From positions 32,001 to 96,000 of IMG/VR virus record IMGVR_UViG_3300017917_002765: a stretch of 64,000 bases of DNA. One strand, 5' to 3'. Both the position numbers and the translations under genes were made by a program. The number at the start of each line of letters is the position of its first letter. The first letter of the stretch is position 1. Under the pieces are notes generated by a model. The model searched no databases. It was not told where the DNA came from and saw only the letters and a program-made list of their open reading frames with translations. Origin of the DNA: a virus. Below are positions 19,367 through 27,060 of the stretch, piece by piece.

Positions 19367-20516
19367 TAATATTATTGTATTCTTTTTTTTCCTCTGGTGT
19401 TAATTCTCTATTTATGTTGTTCAATAGCTTTTCTTTAATATCATCACTTAACCTCCAAGATATACTAATAGCGTACTCCAAGAAAGTCATATCATCAATT
19501 TTGTTTTTTGGGTTATATATAATGTTTAAATACCCATCTTCAATCATTTGTTCTAATTCACCTCTTTCTGGAAAATTTTCTAATGTTTCATTCTGAATCC
19601 TTCTCTGTATTGATGAATAGTATAATTGTTTTATTTTGTTATCGAGTTTATCCAAATGAAATCTATTAAAATAAAAATTACTTCTGTTTAACACTAATAA
19701 TTTCAAATTATTCGGTAATGATAAAAATTCATCAACAGATATTTTTTCACCTCTTAATATACTAGTTTCAATGTCTTTATAATCTAAACCTATAACACTT
19801 TTTTTAATATGACAAAACGTATCTGGATTTTTAACTGGAATTGGTTTATCAGAAACTTTTGACATGTCATATATAACAGAGCCATGGATAGTATTATCAA
19901 ACATTGATATTCCACTTACATTAACACCGTTAAATCCATTGTATTCCATAATTCTAGTTGACATAGAAGCTAAGTTGCTTTTATCCTTCATGTCTTTAGC
20001 CGCTAATTTAACCATTTCAATATAATCACGGTAATTTGGAATTTTTAAACCAAGTTTGTTTATATTGTGTTTAATTTTTAAATAAAGGTTACTAAAATAT
20101 TTGTCCATTTCAAACTTAGAATCATGAATTGAAACAACAAGGTGAAAGCTTTGGTTAATTAATTTTAATGTTTCATATAACATCTCACCATGTTCATTAG
20201 ATTTGACTCTGAATAAATTTTTGTATATATCAAAATCAACACGATATGCTTTTTGGAATTCGGTTAATTCTTTTTTATGAACATCAACATTACCATATTC
20301 TTTATCAAACTCCCTAAAATCCCTATGTTTACAATTATAAGTAGAAAAATAAACACCAGAACCAAAATGACCTGTATGCCTACCACTCATCATAACTATA
20401 TTATCAGAACCATATGGTTTTATGTTCTTTAAATCAGAACCTAATTGGCCAATATGATAATTAAACTCGGCTTCATTTAATTCTTTCCTTAAAAGTTGTT
20501 TGATAAAATCTTTCAT
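19350..20516 (-). CDS. ART-like domain protein
   Basis: YH..GHFGSGVYFST...GFNGV..GSVIYD. Confidence 0.45.
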   Translation of the reverse strand: MKDFIKQLLRKELNEAEFNYHIGQLGSDLKNIKPYGSDNIVMMSGRHTGHFGSGVYFSTYNCKHRDFREFDKEYGNVDVHKKELTEFQKAYRVDFDIYKNLFRVKSNEHGEMLYETLKLINQSFHLVVSIHDSKFEMDKYFSNLYLKIKHNINKLGLKIPNYRDYIEMVKLAAKDMKDKSNLASMSTRIMEYNGFNGVNVSGISMFDNTIHGSVIYDMSKVSDKPIPVKNPDTFCHIKKSVIGLDYKDIETSILRGEKISVDEFLSLPNNLKLLVLNRSNFYFNRFHLDKLDNKIKQLYYSSIQRRIQNETLENFPERGELEQMIEDGYLNIIYNPKNKIDDMTFLEYAISISWRLSDDIKEKLLNNINRELTPEEKKEYNNISDDVY

Positions 20517-22042
20517 TAGATTAAATTAAGTTTCCTTCTAAGCCTTTCTTTTAACTCTTCTTTAGATAACTCATTAAATTCTTTTTCAAGACCTAATACT
20601 TTTGCAATATCGTTTGGTGTTACACGTGAACCATGAGAATGGCTTCCCATTCCTTCATCAATAGTCTTCATTTTCTGATTAACATAATCAATAAGATAAT
20701 TTGTAACCTTTGAAACCTCCTCAAATACCTTAATCATATTTTTTTCATCAGCACCCCATAAGACGGTATAATTTAAGGATGTTGTTTTTAAATCAAAACC
20801 AAAAGCATACATAAACATCCAAGCACTTAATTCTGCTTGTTGTTCAACAACATCTCTAGAATTTTTTCCAATGAAGAAAGAACCAGAAGCTCCACCTTTG
20901 GAAGACAGGTATGACTGATGTAACAATTCATGAGTTATTTCGTGAGCAAGTGTTTTGGTTAAACCAACATCATTCCCTTCATTTTTCAATATCTTTATCA
21001 ATCCATTTGCACTAACACCTCTAGAACCACCTAAGTCATCAACCAATTCTGTTTTAATACCATTATCATTACAAAATTCTAATAAGGATTTATATATTGG
21101 TCTTACATCATCAGAAATCATATTTTCTTCAAACCATTTAATGTTTTTTGAAGCTTCTTCTGCGGACTTAATATAATCTGTTTTCCCTTCTATTTGTGTT
21201 GTATCAGAAACATCATAAACCGCAACTAACTTAAATTTATTAGCCTGTACGCTACCTTTTGTTATTGCGTCCAACTTAAATTTTTCATTTGGCGTTAAAT
21301 CGTCCCTTTTTATTTTTCCTACCTTTTTAAAAAAGTCTTGTTTTTCTTTTTCAACTTGTTCTTTTGATTTATATAGTTTCTTACCTTCAGGTGCCCAAAT
21401 TGCAATAGGTTTTGCATTAGGATTAACATTTCTATTATATTTGTCTAACCAATCTAGTTTCCCATAAACCTTTTTGGCATTTGGTTTTTGTAAATAAATC
21501 AAAAGCGTATTAGCTAATGAGAATCCTCTTCCTTGTGCGGCTCTAATATCAATTAGCTTTCTCATTATATCCTTAAATTGCTCATCATCTTTGATATTTA
21601 CAAGCATATTTCTAAAGTTATTTAACTTCGTTTTAATCGCTTCTTCATCTTCCTTGGTGAAATTTAATTCTGGGATTTGAGTTAAGTCTTCTGTTTCAAT
21701 TGTTTGAATTAATCTGTCAATGTCGGTGATTAATTTTTTAGCATCTTCACCACTAACACTTAAATAATCGTTTAGATGGTTTATTGCGGATTTTATATCA
21801 TCTATAGTAGTTTTGTTTTCAAACCAAAAATAAGTTTTAATTAATTTATTATATTTTCCGCCATTATTACCAAGAATAGATTTTCCAGCATCACTAAATA
21901 TTAAAGCATTTTCTTCTTCTGTACTAGCTTTTAACATAATAATTGGAATTTCTCTTCCGTCTTTTGTTTTAAATAAGCTTTTTACTAATTTAAAATCTTC
22001 AAAAATTAACTTTTTCATATTTTTTTTTATAATAAATATCAC
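20516..22042 (-). CDS. ArdC-like ssDNA-binding domain plus zincin metallopeptidase (polyvalent protein)
   Basis: FSLANTLLIYLQKPNA..W..YNR.V; VYDVSDT; TLAHEITHELL..EQQAE. Confidence 0.78.
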   Translation of the reverse strand: MIFIIKKNMKKLIFEDFKLVKSLFKTKDGREIPIIMLKASTEEENALIFSDAGKSILGNNGGKYNKLIKTYFWFENKTTIDDIKSAINHLNDYLSVSGEDAKKLITDIDRLIQTIETEDLTQIPELNFTKEDEEAIKTKLNNFRNMLVNIKDDEQFKDIMRKLIDIRAAQGRGFSLANTLLIYLQKPNAKKVYGKLDWLDKYNRNVNPNAKPIAIWAPEGKKLYKSKEQVEKEKQDFFKKVGKIKRDDLTPNEKFKLDAITKGSVQANKFKLVAVYDVSDTTQIEGKTDYIKSAEEASKNIKWFEENMISDDVRPIYKSLLEFCNDNGIKTELVDDLGGSRGVSANGLIKILKNEGNDVGLTKTLAHEITHELLHQSYLSSKGGASGSFFIGKNSRDVVEQQAELSAWMFMYAFGFDLKTTSLNYTVLWGADEKNMIKVFEEVSKVTNYLIDYVNQKMKTIDEGMGSHSHGSRVTPNDIAKVLGLEKEFNELSKEELKERLRRKLNLI

Positions 22043-22105
22043 AATTTATTTAGTTAATTCATTTATGTATGCAATTAAATGTGGAAACATATTGGTTATT
22101 TAAAG

Positions 22106-22194
22106 CGGAGAATTGGTTAATCGAAAACCATGCGGTTTTTGGCCGCACCCATTGTTTAGCAAACAAGTCTGGGACCCTGCCCAGTTAATTCTCC
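22106..22194 (-). tRNA. tRNA-Ser(GCT)
   Basis: Acceptor GGAGAAT/ATTCTCC; loop TTGCTAA; long variable arm. Confidence 0.88.
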
Positions 22195-22200
22195 ATATTG

Positions 22201-22271
22201 TAGTCCCAGAGGGACTCGAACCCCCATAAAGAGCTTAGAAGGCTCTTGTCCTTCCGTTGAACGATGGGACT
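22201..22271 (-). tRNA. tRNA-Arg(TCT)
   Basis: AGAGC-CTTCTAA-GCTCT. Confidence 0.95.
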
Positions 22272-22278
22272 ATTATAG

Positions 22279-22358
22279 TACAGACGGAGGGACTCGAACC
22301 CCCATTTACAACTCCATTTACGGTTACTAAGTTCGTAGCTTAGCTCGGTTACGTCTGC
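22279..22358 (-). tRNA. Non-canonical tRNA-Arg(ACG): no D-arm, 23-nt variable region
   Basis: Acceptor GCAGACG/CGTCTGT; 8-nt linker; CTAAG-CTACGAA-CTTAG; GGGGG-TTCGAGT-CCCTC. Confidence 0.7.
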
Positions 22359-22363
22359 ATTTG

Positions 22364-22433
22364 TTGCGTGGAACGGAGCCGAACCGTCTTACTCTGCCTT
22401 ATGAGAGCTGAGCCTTTTCCAATAAGCCACGCA
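22364..22433 (-). tRNA. tRNA(CAT) Met/Ile2 with reduced D-arm
   Basis: Acceptor TGCGTGG/CCACGCA; loop CTCATAA; T-loop TTCGGCT. Confidence 0.72.
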
Positions 22434-22438
22434 ATGTG

Positions 22439-22509
22439 CTCAGATGTAGGGAATCGAACCCTATTCCTACGAGTTAACAGCTCGTTGCTCGCCATTGAGC
22501 TTCATCTGA
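22439..22509 (-). tRNA. tRNA-Asn(GTT)
   Basis: ACGAG-CTGTTAA-CTCGT; canonical. Confidence 0.93.
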
Positions 22510-22515
22510 ATGTTG

Positions 22516-22600
22516 CGGATTGGATAGGATTCGAACCTATGTGAACCTTACGGCCTTCGTGTTAACAGCACGCTGCTCTGACCAACTGAGCTACCAATCC
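22516..22600 (-). tRNA. tRNA-Asn(GTT) with long variable arm
   Basis: CGTG-CTGTTAA-CACG; variable hairpin GGCC-GTAA-GGTT. Confidence 0.88.
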
Positions 22601-22608
22601 ATATTTTG

Positions 22609-22684
22609 TCTTGAGGGTGGGACTCGAACCCACACGTGCGAAGATATAAGCTTCCCAGTCTGACCAGTTGACTATTACCTCAAG
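22609..22684 (-). tRNA. tRNA-Ile(TAT)
   Basis: Acceptor CTTGAGG/CCTCAAG; GAAG-CTTATAT-CTTC. Confidence 0.8.
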
Positions 22685-22693
22685 AATTTAAAG

Positions 22694-22777
22694 TTGTGAG
22701 GGTGGGAGTCGAACCCACCTATAGAAATTAATCTCCAGTGTATCAGACTGGTGCCCAAACCGCTAGACCACCTCACA
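22694..22777 (-). tRNA. tRNA-Ile(GAT) with enlarged variable region
   Basis: CCAGT-CTGATAC-ACTGG; 16-nt variable region. Confidence 0.87.
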
Positions 22778-22890
22778 ATAATTTATTTTAATTTCCTAAA
22801 CCATAAACCGCCCCAGTTTATTATTATATTCACTAGCATCCATCTCTGTGGAGACCAAACAATTGTTTGGTGACGGTTAAAGTTTAAAAG

Positions 22891-22963
22891 GGTGCTATAG
22901 GAGTTTCGAAATCCCGACCTCTGGTTCCACAAACCAGCGCTCTGCCTCTGAGCTAATAGCACC
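22891..22963 (-). tRNA. tRNA-His(GTG)
   Basis: G-1; CTGGT-TTGTGGA-ACCAG. Confidence 0.9.
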
Positions 22964-23054
22964 ATGTTTGAAAGTGTAATTTACTGCACTTTTCATGTTA
23001 AATAAGCTTTTTATATCAGTTATTTAGTCTGATAGTGTAATTTATTACACTTTG

Positions 23055-23128
23055 GGTGTAGGACGATAGTCGAACTCGCAACTACAAGGCTCACAACCTA
23101 GCGTTATACCGTTAAATCTACCTACACC
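23055..23128 (-). tRNA. tRNA-His(GTG), divergent second copy
   Basis: G-1; CTAGG-TTGTGAG-CCTTG; mismatches in the arms. Confidence 0.8.
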
Positions 23129-23205
23129 ATATAAGACCACCCCGTAAGTGGTCAGGACAAACACGTCTTTGTCTGGACAGCGATATTTCCCTTTGGGAAT
23201 ACTAG

Positions 23206-23292
23206 AGGAAGGTGGAGGACCCGACCCCCTGACGGCTCATCACCGCCACCCTAATTTTCAAGACTAGTTTTGCTCCATGCAAGGCACCTTCC
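23206..23292 (-). tRNA. tRNA-Ser(TGA), probable 8/4 fold
   Basis: 8-bp acceptor GGAAGGTG/CACCTTCC; 4-bp T-stem; loop CTTGAAA; long variable arm. Confidence 0.78.
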
Positions 23293-23297
23293 ATTAG

Positions 23298-23380
23298 CAC
23301 ACTCGGTAGAAGTCGAATCTACAACCATTTAATCCTAAGAACAGATTTGGAGTCTGTTGGTCACGCCCATGAGCGAGTGT
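23298..23380 (-). tRNA. Non-canonical tRNA-Trp(CCA)
   Basis: ACAGA-CTCCAAA-TCTGT; small D-arm; 18-nt variable region. Confidence 0.75.
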
Positions 23381-23385
23381 ATATG

Positions 23386-23456
23386 CACACCTGCTTCGAC
23401 TTGAACGAAGAACGTCCGTTTTGGAGACGGAAATTTTACCATTAAACTACAGATGT
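23386..23456 (-). tRNA. tRNA-Trp(CCA)
   Basis: TCCGT-CTCCAAA-ACGGA; canonical size. Confidence 0.9.
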
Positions 23457-23463
23457 ATAATAA

Positions 23464-23482
23464 CCAATATGTCAAATAACGT
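23464..23482 (-). promoter_or_regulatory. boxA-like antitermination element
   Basis: ACGTTATTTGACATATTGG between the attenuator and the first tRNA; related ACGTTCTTT at 29330-29338 and 30248-30256. Confidence 0.45.
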
Positions 23483-23511
23483 CTGACCAATATTTTATTT
23501 GGTGGTCAACC

Positions 23512-23553
23512 AAAAATAAAAAACCCGACCTAGATTTTTATCTGAGTCGGGTT
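23512..23553 (-). terminator. Attenuator terminator 3 (before the 13-tRNA operon)
   Basis: AACCCGACTCAGAT-AAAA-ATCTAGGTCGGG-TTTTTTATTTTT. Confidence 0.9.
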
Positions 23554-23576
23554 CTTCTTTTTTATTTGTTTGTTTC

Positions 23577-23678
23577 TTAAAAATCACATAAGAAACTTAC
23601 AGACATAGCCGACTCAAATGGATTGCTATTGCGTCTCCACATGCTAATCGAATTAATATGTATGTTTATGTTTCTCAT
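23577..23678 (-). CDS. Leader peptide 3, MRNINIHINSISMWRRNSNPFESAMSVSFLCDF (Trp/Ser/His/Ile/Asn/Met/Arg sensor)
   Basis: First 19 codons use only the 7 amino acids of the downstream tRNAs; TTTGAGTCGG (23609-23618) pairs with terminator 5' arm CCGACTCAGA. Confidence 0.93.
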   Translation of the reverse strand: MRNINIHINSISMWRRNSNPFESAMSVSFLCDF

Positions 23679-23742
23679 TGTTTTTGTTTTGTGGGTTTCC
23701 CCTGTTTTTTATTAAATATGTGCTTTTTCTTAAAAGTTAATG

Positions 23743-23773
23743 CAAATGTACTAACTATTTTTCAATTTGTCAA
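23743..23773 (-). promoter_or_regulatory. Bacteroidota sigma70-type promoter for leader 3
   Basis: TTGACA-N17-TACATTTG. Confidence 0.75.
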
Positions 23774-23791
23774 GTTTTTTGCAAAATATTT

Positions 23792-25072
23792 TTATGAAAC
23801 GTCAAATTCGTCCAAATATACTGTAACTTCTGGGTGATTAGTTTCAAGATAAGAAACAACTTGCCTAGGGTCCTTGGTTAATGGAATATCCGTTCCGAAT
23901 TTTTGATTGAATTCTTCTACTGTACGTATTTTTTGTTGTTCGCCATTTTTATAAATGATATATATACCATATATGGTATTAGTTACGGCACCCATATATT
24001 CTGGTCTAGAAACCAATATTCTATCTACTCCATCGAATAATGATTGTTCTTCCTCATATGGGTTTATACCATACTGTACTTCTCTAGAAGCTTTTTCATA
24101 GTCTTCACCATCATACTCATTAATTTGATTTTTAATCCAATAGTTCAATCCTTTCCAATATATTGCATCAAAACTATCTTTATGCTCTTCACCATCAAAA
24201 ACTACTGTAACATAAATTTTATTCCACTTATGTTTTGAAATTAAATCTTCAACTATTGACATGGTATCGTCAAAATCAAAATTAGACTCAATAGTGTCTA
24301 TTTCATAATCAATTGAACCATCTGGACCATTATGATAATGTTTATCTTCTATTTTTGTCATATCATTATCATAATCTAAGGTTACTAACATATCTGAAAC
24401 ACCAGTTGATGTTCCTTCATCCATTTTCATCATTGAAGTCTCATCTATATCATATTTAACACCATCATCATATACTTCACCTAAACTATTCGGGTCTAAC
24501 TTGGTTAAATACATATTTAATTCATAGGTACCAGAATCCATTCTATATATTTGTATTGCTAAAAATCTATTTTTGGTTGGCTGACCTTTGTGGTTAAGGT
24601 GTATATTATCTTTTTTATTTTCACCATATTTAACACCACCAAACGTAAATTTATTAAAACCATTTTCAGGGATTTCAAAATAATTGTTTTCAACATATTT
24701 TTGAGCTTCATCTAAAGCTGATGCTAATGTTTTATGATATACCTCGTAATCTTTTGATTTTAAAACAGAACCAACACTTCTTGATTCTTCATCAATACCT
24801 AAACCAAAACTAGCTACTGTTGTGTCAGCATCATAAAAATCAGAAACAATGTATTTATCAGAGCCAATTTGGTTTATGTGTTTAGCAACACCACCTTCTT
24901 CGTCAGAAATTCTTTTGGCTTCAGCTTTTGCTTCTTCAAAAGACATTCCATAGCTTTCATCTAATCTTTTTATTTTGTTAAAATTTTTTGAAAATGATTC
25001 AACAATTGCTTTTTCTCTATCAGCCAATATAGCTTTCTTTTTAGCTTCAGTTAAAAATTCTTTCTTTTTCAT
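23792..25072 (-). CDS. Hypothetical multidomain protein, probably virion-internal
   Basis: Acidic; IQIYRMDSGTYELNMY module; TATTTAT upstream. Confidence 0.65.
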   Translation of the reverse strand: MKKKEFLTEAKKKAILADREKAIVESFSKNFNKIKRLDESYGMSFEEAKAEAKRISDEEGGVAKHINQIGSDKYIVSDFYDADTTVASFGLGIDEESRSVGSVLKSKDYEVYHKTLASALDEAQKYVENNYFEIPENGFNKFTFGGVKYGENKKDNIHLNHKGQPTKNRFLAIQIYRMDSGTYELNMYLTKLDPNSLGEVYDDGVKYDIDETSMMKMDEGTSTGVSDMLVTLDYDNDMTKIEDKHYHNGPDGSIDYEIDTIESNFDFDDTMSIVEDLISKHKWNKIYVTVVFDGEEHKDSFDAIYWKGLNYWIKNQINEYDGEDYEKASREVQYGINPYEEEQSLFDGVDRILVSRPEYMGAVTNTIYGIYIIYKNGEQQKIRTVEEFNQKFGTDIPLTKDPRQVVSYLETNHPEVTVYLDEFDVS

Positions 25073-25213
25073 AGCAGTATTTTAAGATAAATATCTAAAA
25101 CCCCAATAAAAGTTATGTGTTCTTTCTTTTCACAAAACTTCTTTTAACATTAACTGTCTTTCTTTTGTTTGTGCTGCCTTCACGAACAGTTATTGTTCTT
25201 TTGTGTGTTGCCA

Positions 25214-25594
25214 TTAGTAATCTTCGTCTTCAAATTCATCGTTATCATTATCATCGTAATATCCATCTTCTTCATCATCAAGAAGTTCTTCTTCCTCATC
25301 TTCTACAAGCCCTTCAAGATGTTCCACATGAATGAATATACCAAAACCTTCATTAAATGTCTTGTTGATTGCTTTGTATTCTTCGTTAGATATTTCTTTG
25401 AAGTCAAGCCTTGATAAATAATCATCACCGTCAGCGAATTCTAATGAATAATTTGTTAGTGGATAATCAAATGACCATTTGATACTTTGTGCTATCGATT
25501 CTAAGTATTCTACTTCTTTATCGGTCATTGCTTTGAAGCCAGATATCTCTACATCGTTAATCTGGTCGTTAAAAGTAACTAGATATTTTGCCAT
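25214..25594 (-). CDS. Hypothetical protein with acidic tail
   Basis: ORF; D/E-rich C-terminus. Confidence 0.7.
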   Translation of the reverse strand: MAKYLVTFNDQINDVEISGFKAMTDKEVEYLESIAQSIKWSFDYPLTNYSLEFADGDDYLSRLDFKEISNEEYKAINKTFNEGFGIFIHVEHLEGLVEDEEEELLDDEEDGYYDDNDNDEFEDEDY

Positions 25595-25632
25595 ATGACA
25601 TAAATATATGGTATCACAAAAAAGAATAAATA

Positions 25633-25827
25633 CTACAATAATTTTTTGAAATTGTCCGTCTCCATTTGTTGAATCGCTTTACCAACTTCTGGACCACTAA
25701 CAGTTAGTCTAAACTTTTGAAAAGCTGTCATTAGCTTTTCATCAATTCCCTCAGCCTTAGCAAATGCAAGCAACTTATCTGGTAATACACCATCATTTTG
25801 CTCCGCTCTTTTAATGCGTATTCCATG
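25633..25827 (-). pseudogene. Start-less remnant resembling the C-terminus of a CCA-adding enzyme
   Basis: Open frame ...AFQKFRLTVSGPEVGKAIQQMETDNFKKLL* directly after the purA stop. Confidence 0.35.
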
Positions 25828-26832
25828 TTAAATGTCGTATGGTGTTGTACTAAATGTTATTCTTTTTATTGTCGAACAAGCTGTGGATATTTTATCAGCA
25901 ATGTAAGTTTGAAATTCTTCACTAGTTTTGAAAACTAAAATCTCATGGTTTTCATACATCTTAAATTCACCAACTTGTTCTAAAATGTCCAATTTATTTA
26001 TTACTAAATCCGTAACACCATTAATTGTTATCGCTTTAATAATGTCATCTAAATTGAACCAATTGACTTGCCGTTTTCTACCAGTTGTCGCACCAAACTC
26101 TTGGCCAAATTCTCTAATTTTTTCAAAAACTTCTGAAGGCTCCTCAAATTTTTTGGCACCAACATATGTTCTATATGCTTTGGCTACGCCATATATATTT
26201 CTAATTGTTTGGGGCGGGAATCCATTCAATATTGTTGAACCAACAGTGCAATGTGAACTAGTCACATACGGATAATCACCCCAATCAATGTCCAATTCAA
26301 ACCCCTGAGCGCCTTCAAATAGAATCTTAACATTTTCATTTGAAACATGAAGGTCATACAAATCAAATATAAATGATTTCAAACTATCTTCACTTTCAGC
26401 TCTCTTCCCAATTCTAGCATACTTGTCACGATAAGCTGGACCTATACCTTGTTTTGTGGTTCCTATTCTTGAATCTTTCCCGTCTTCTTCCAAGTGTTCA
26501 TCAGTTATTATATGAACTCTCTTATCAATCATTAAATTAGATTTTACATCAAACCCAAGCTGTTCTAAGTCTTCAATTTCTTTGAACAGCTTATCAACGT
26601 TTACAACACAACCAAGACCAATTATAGACTTAATACCATATAACACACCACATGGTATAAAATGTGTAACCACTTTTTGTCCATTGTGATAAATAGTATG
26701 TCCAGCGTTTCCACCACCATTATATCTAATAACATGCGTGAATTCTCCTTTGCTCAATAAAGAATGTGTTACTTTACCTTTGCCAGTATCACCAGCTTGT
26801 AAGTCAACAACTACATCAGCGTATTTAACCAT
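25828..26832 (-). CDS. purA: Adenylosuccinate synthetase (short form)
   Basis: GDTGKGK; GGGNAGHT; GTTKQGIGPAY; EGAQG; YPYVTSS; EFGATTGRKR. Confidence 0.96.
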   Translation of the reverse strand: MVKYADVVVDLQAGDTGKGKVTHSLLSKGEFTHVIRYNGGGNAGHTIYHNGQKVVTHFIPCGVLYGIKSIIGLGCVVNVDKLFKEIEDLEQLGFDVKSNLMIDKRVHIITDEHLEEDGKDSRIGTTKQGIGPAYRDKYARIGKRAESEDSLKSFIFDLYDLHVSNENVKILFEGAQGFELDIDWGDYPYVTSSHCTVGSTILNGFPPQTIRNIYGVAKAYRTYVGAKKFEEPSEVFEKIREFGQEFGATTGRKRQVNWFNLDDIIKAITINGVTDLVINKLDILEQVGEFKMYENHEILVFKTSEEFQTYIADKISTACSTIKRITFSTTPYDI

Positions 26833-26835
26833 AAA

Positions 26836-27060
26836 TCAATTTTTAAAAATAATTGAACCCAACCGTAACACCTTCTCCTTAAACTCTTCAAAGGTTCCGT
26901 TATTTTCAAGAATAACATCGGCACAAGATTTATCGATATTAAAAGAACTTGCTGGTTCTTCTGGTAATCTTCCAGTTGCATCAACCCATATGATTAGGTC
27001 AAACAACCCTTGACGCATACACTCACTTATTTCCTCTCTATCACAAACTAAATTCACTAA
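26836..27060 (-). pseudogene. C-terminal remnant of a displaced nucleotide-kinase-like gene
   Basis: LFDLIIWVDATGRLP..SSFNI...ADVILENNG without an N-terminal P-loop; overlaps the dNMP kinase end. Confidence 0.5.

Noticed and set aside
22783-22965. 60-aa ORF from the track
   Set aside because: Its 5' part is tRNA-His; only the 18-codon ATG sub-ORF is kept as a weak candidate
303-23773. T-box riboswitches as the explanation for the tRNA leaders
   Set aside because: No T-box sequence with a UGGN bulge or specifier stem I; short ORFs with matched codons fit translation-coupled attenuation better
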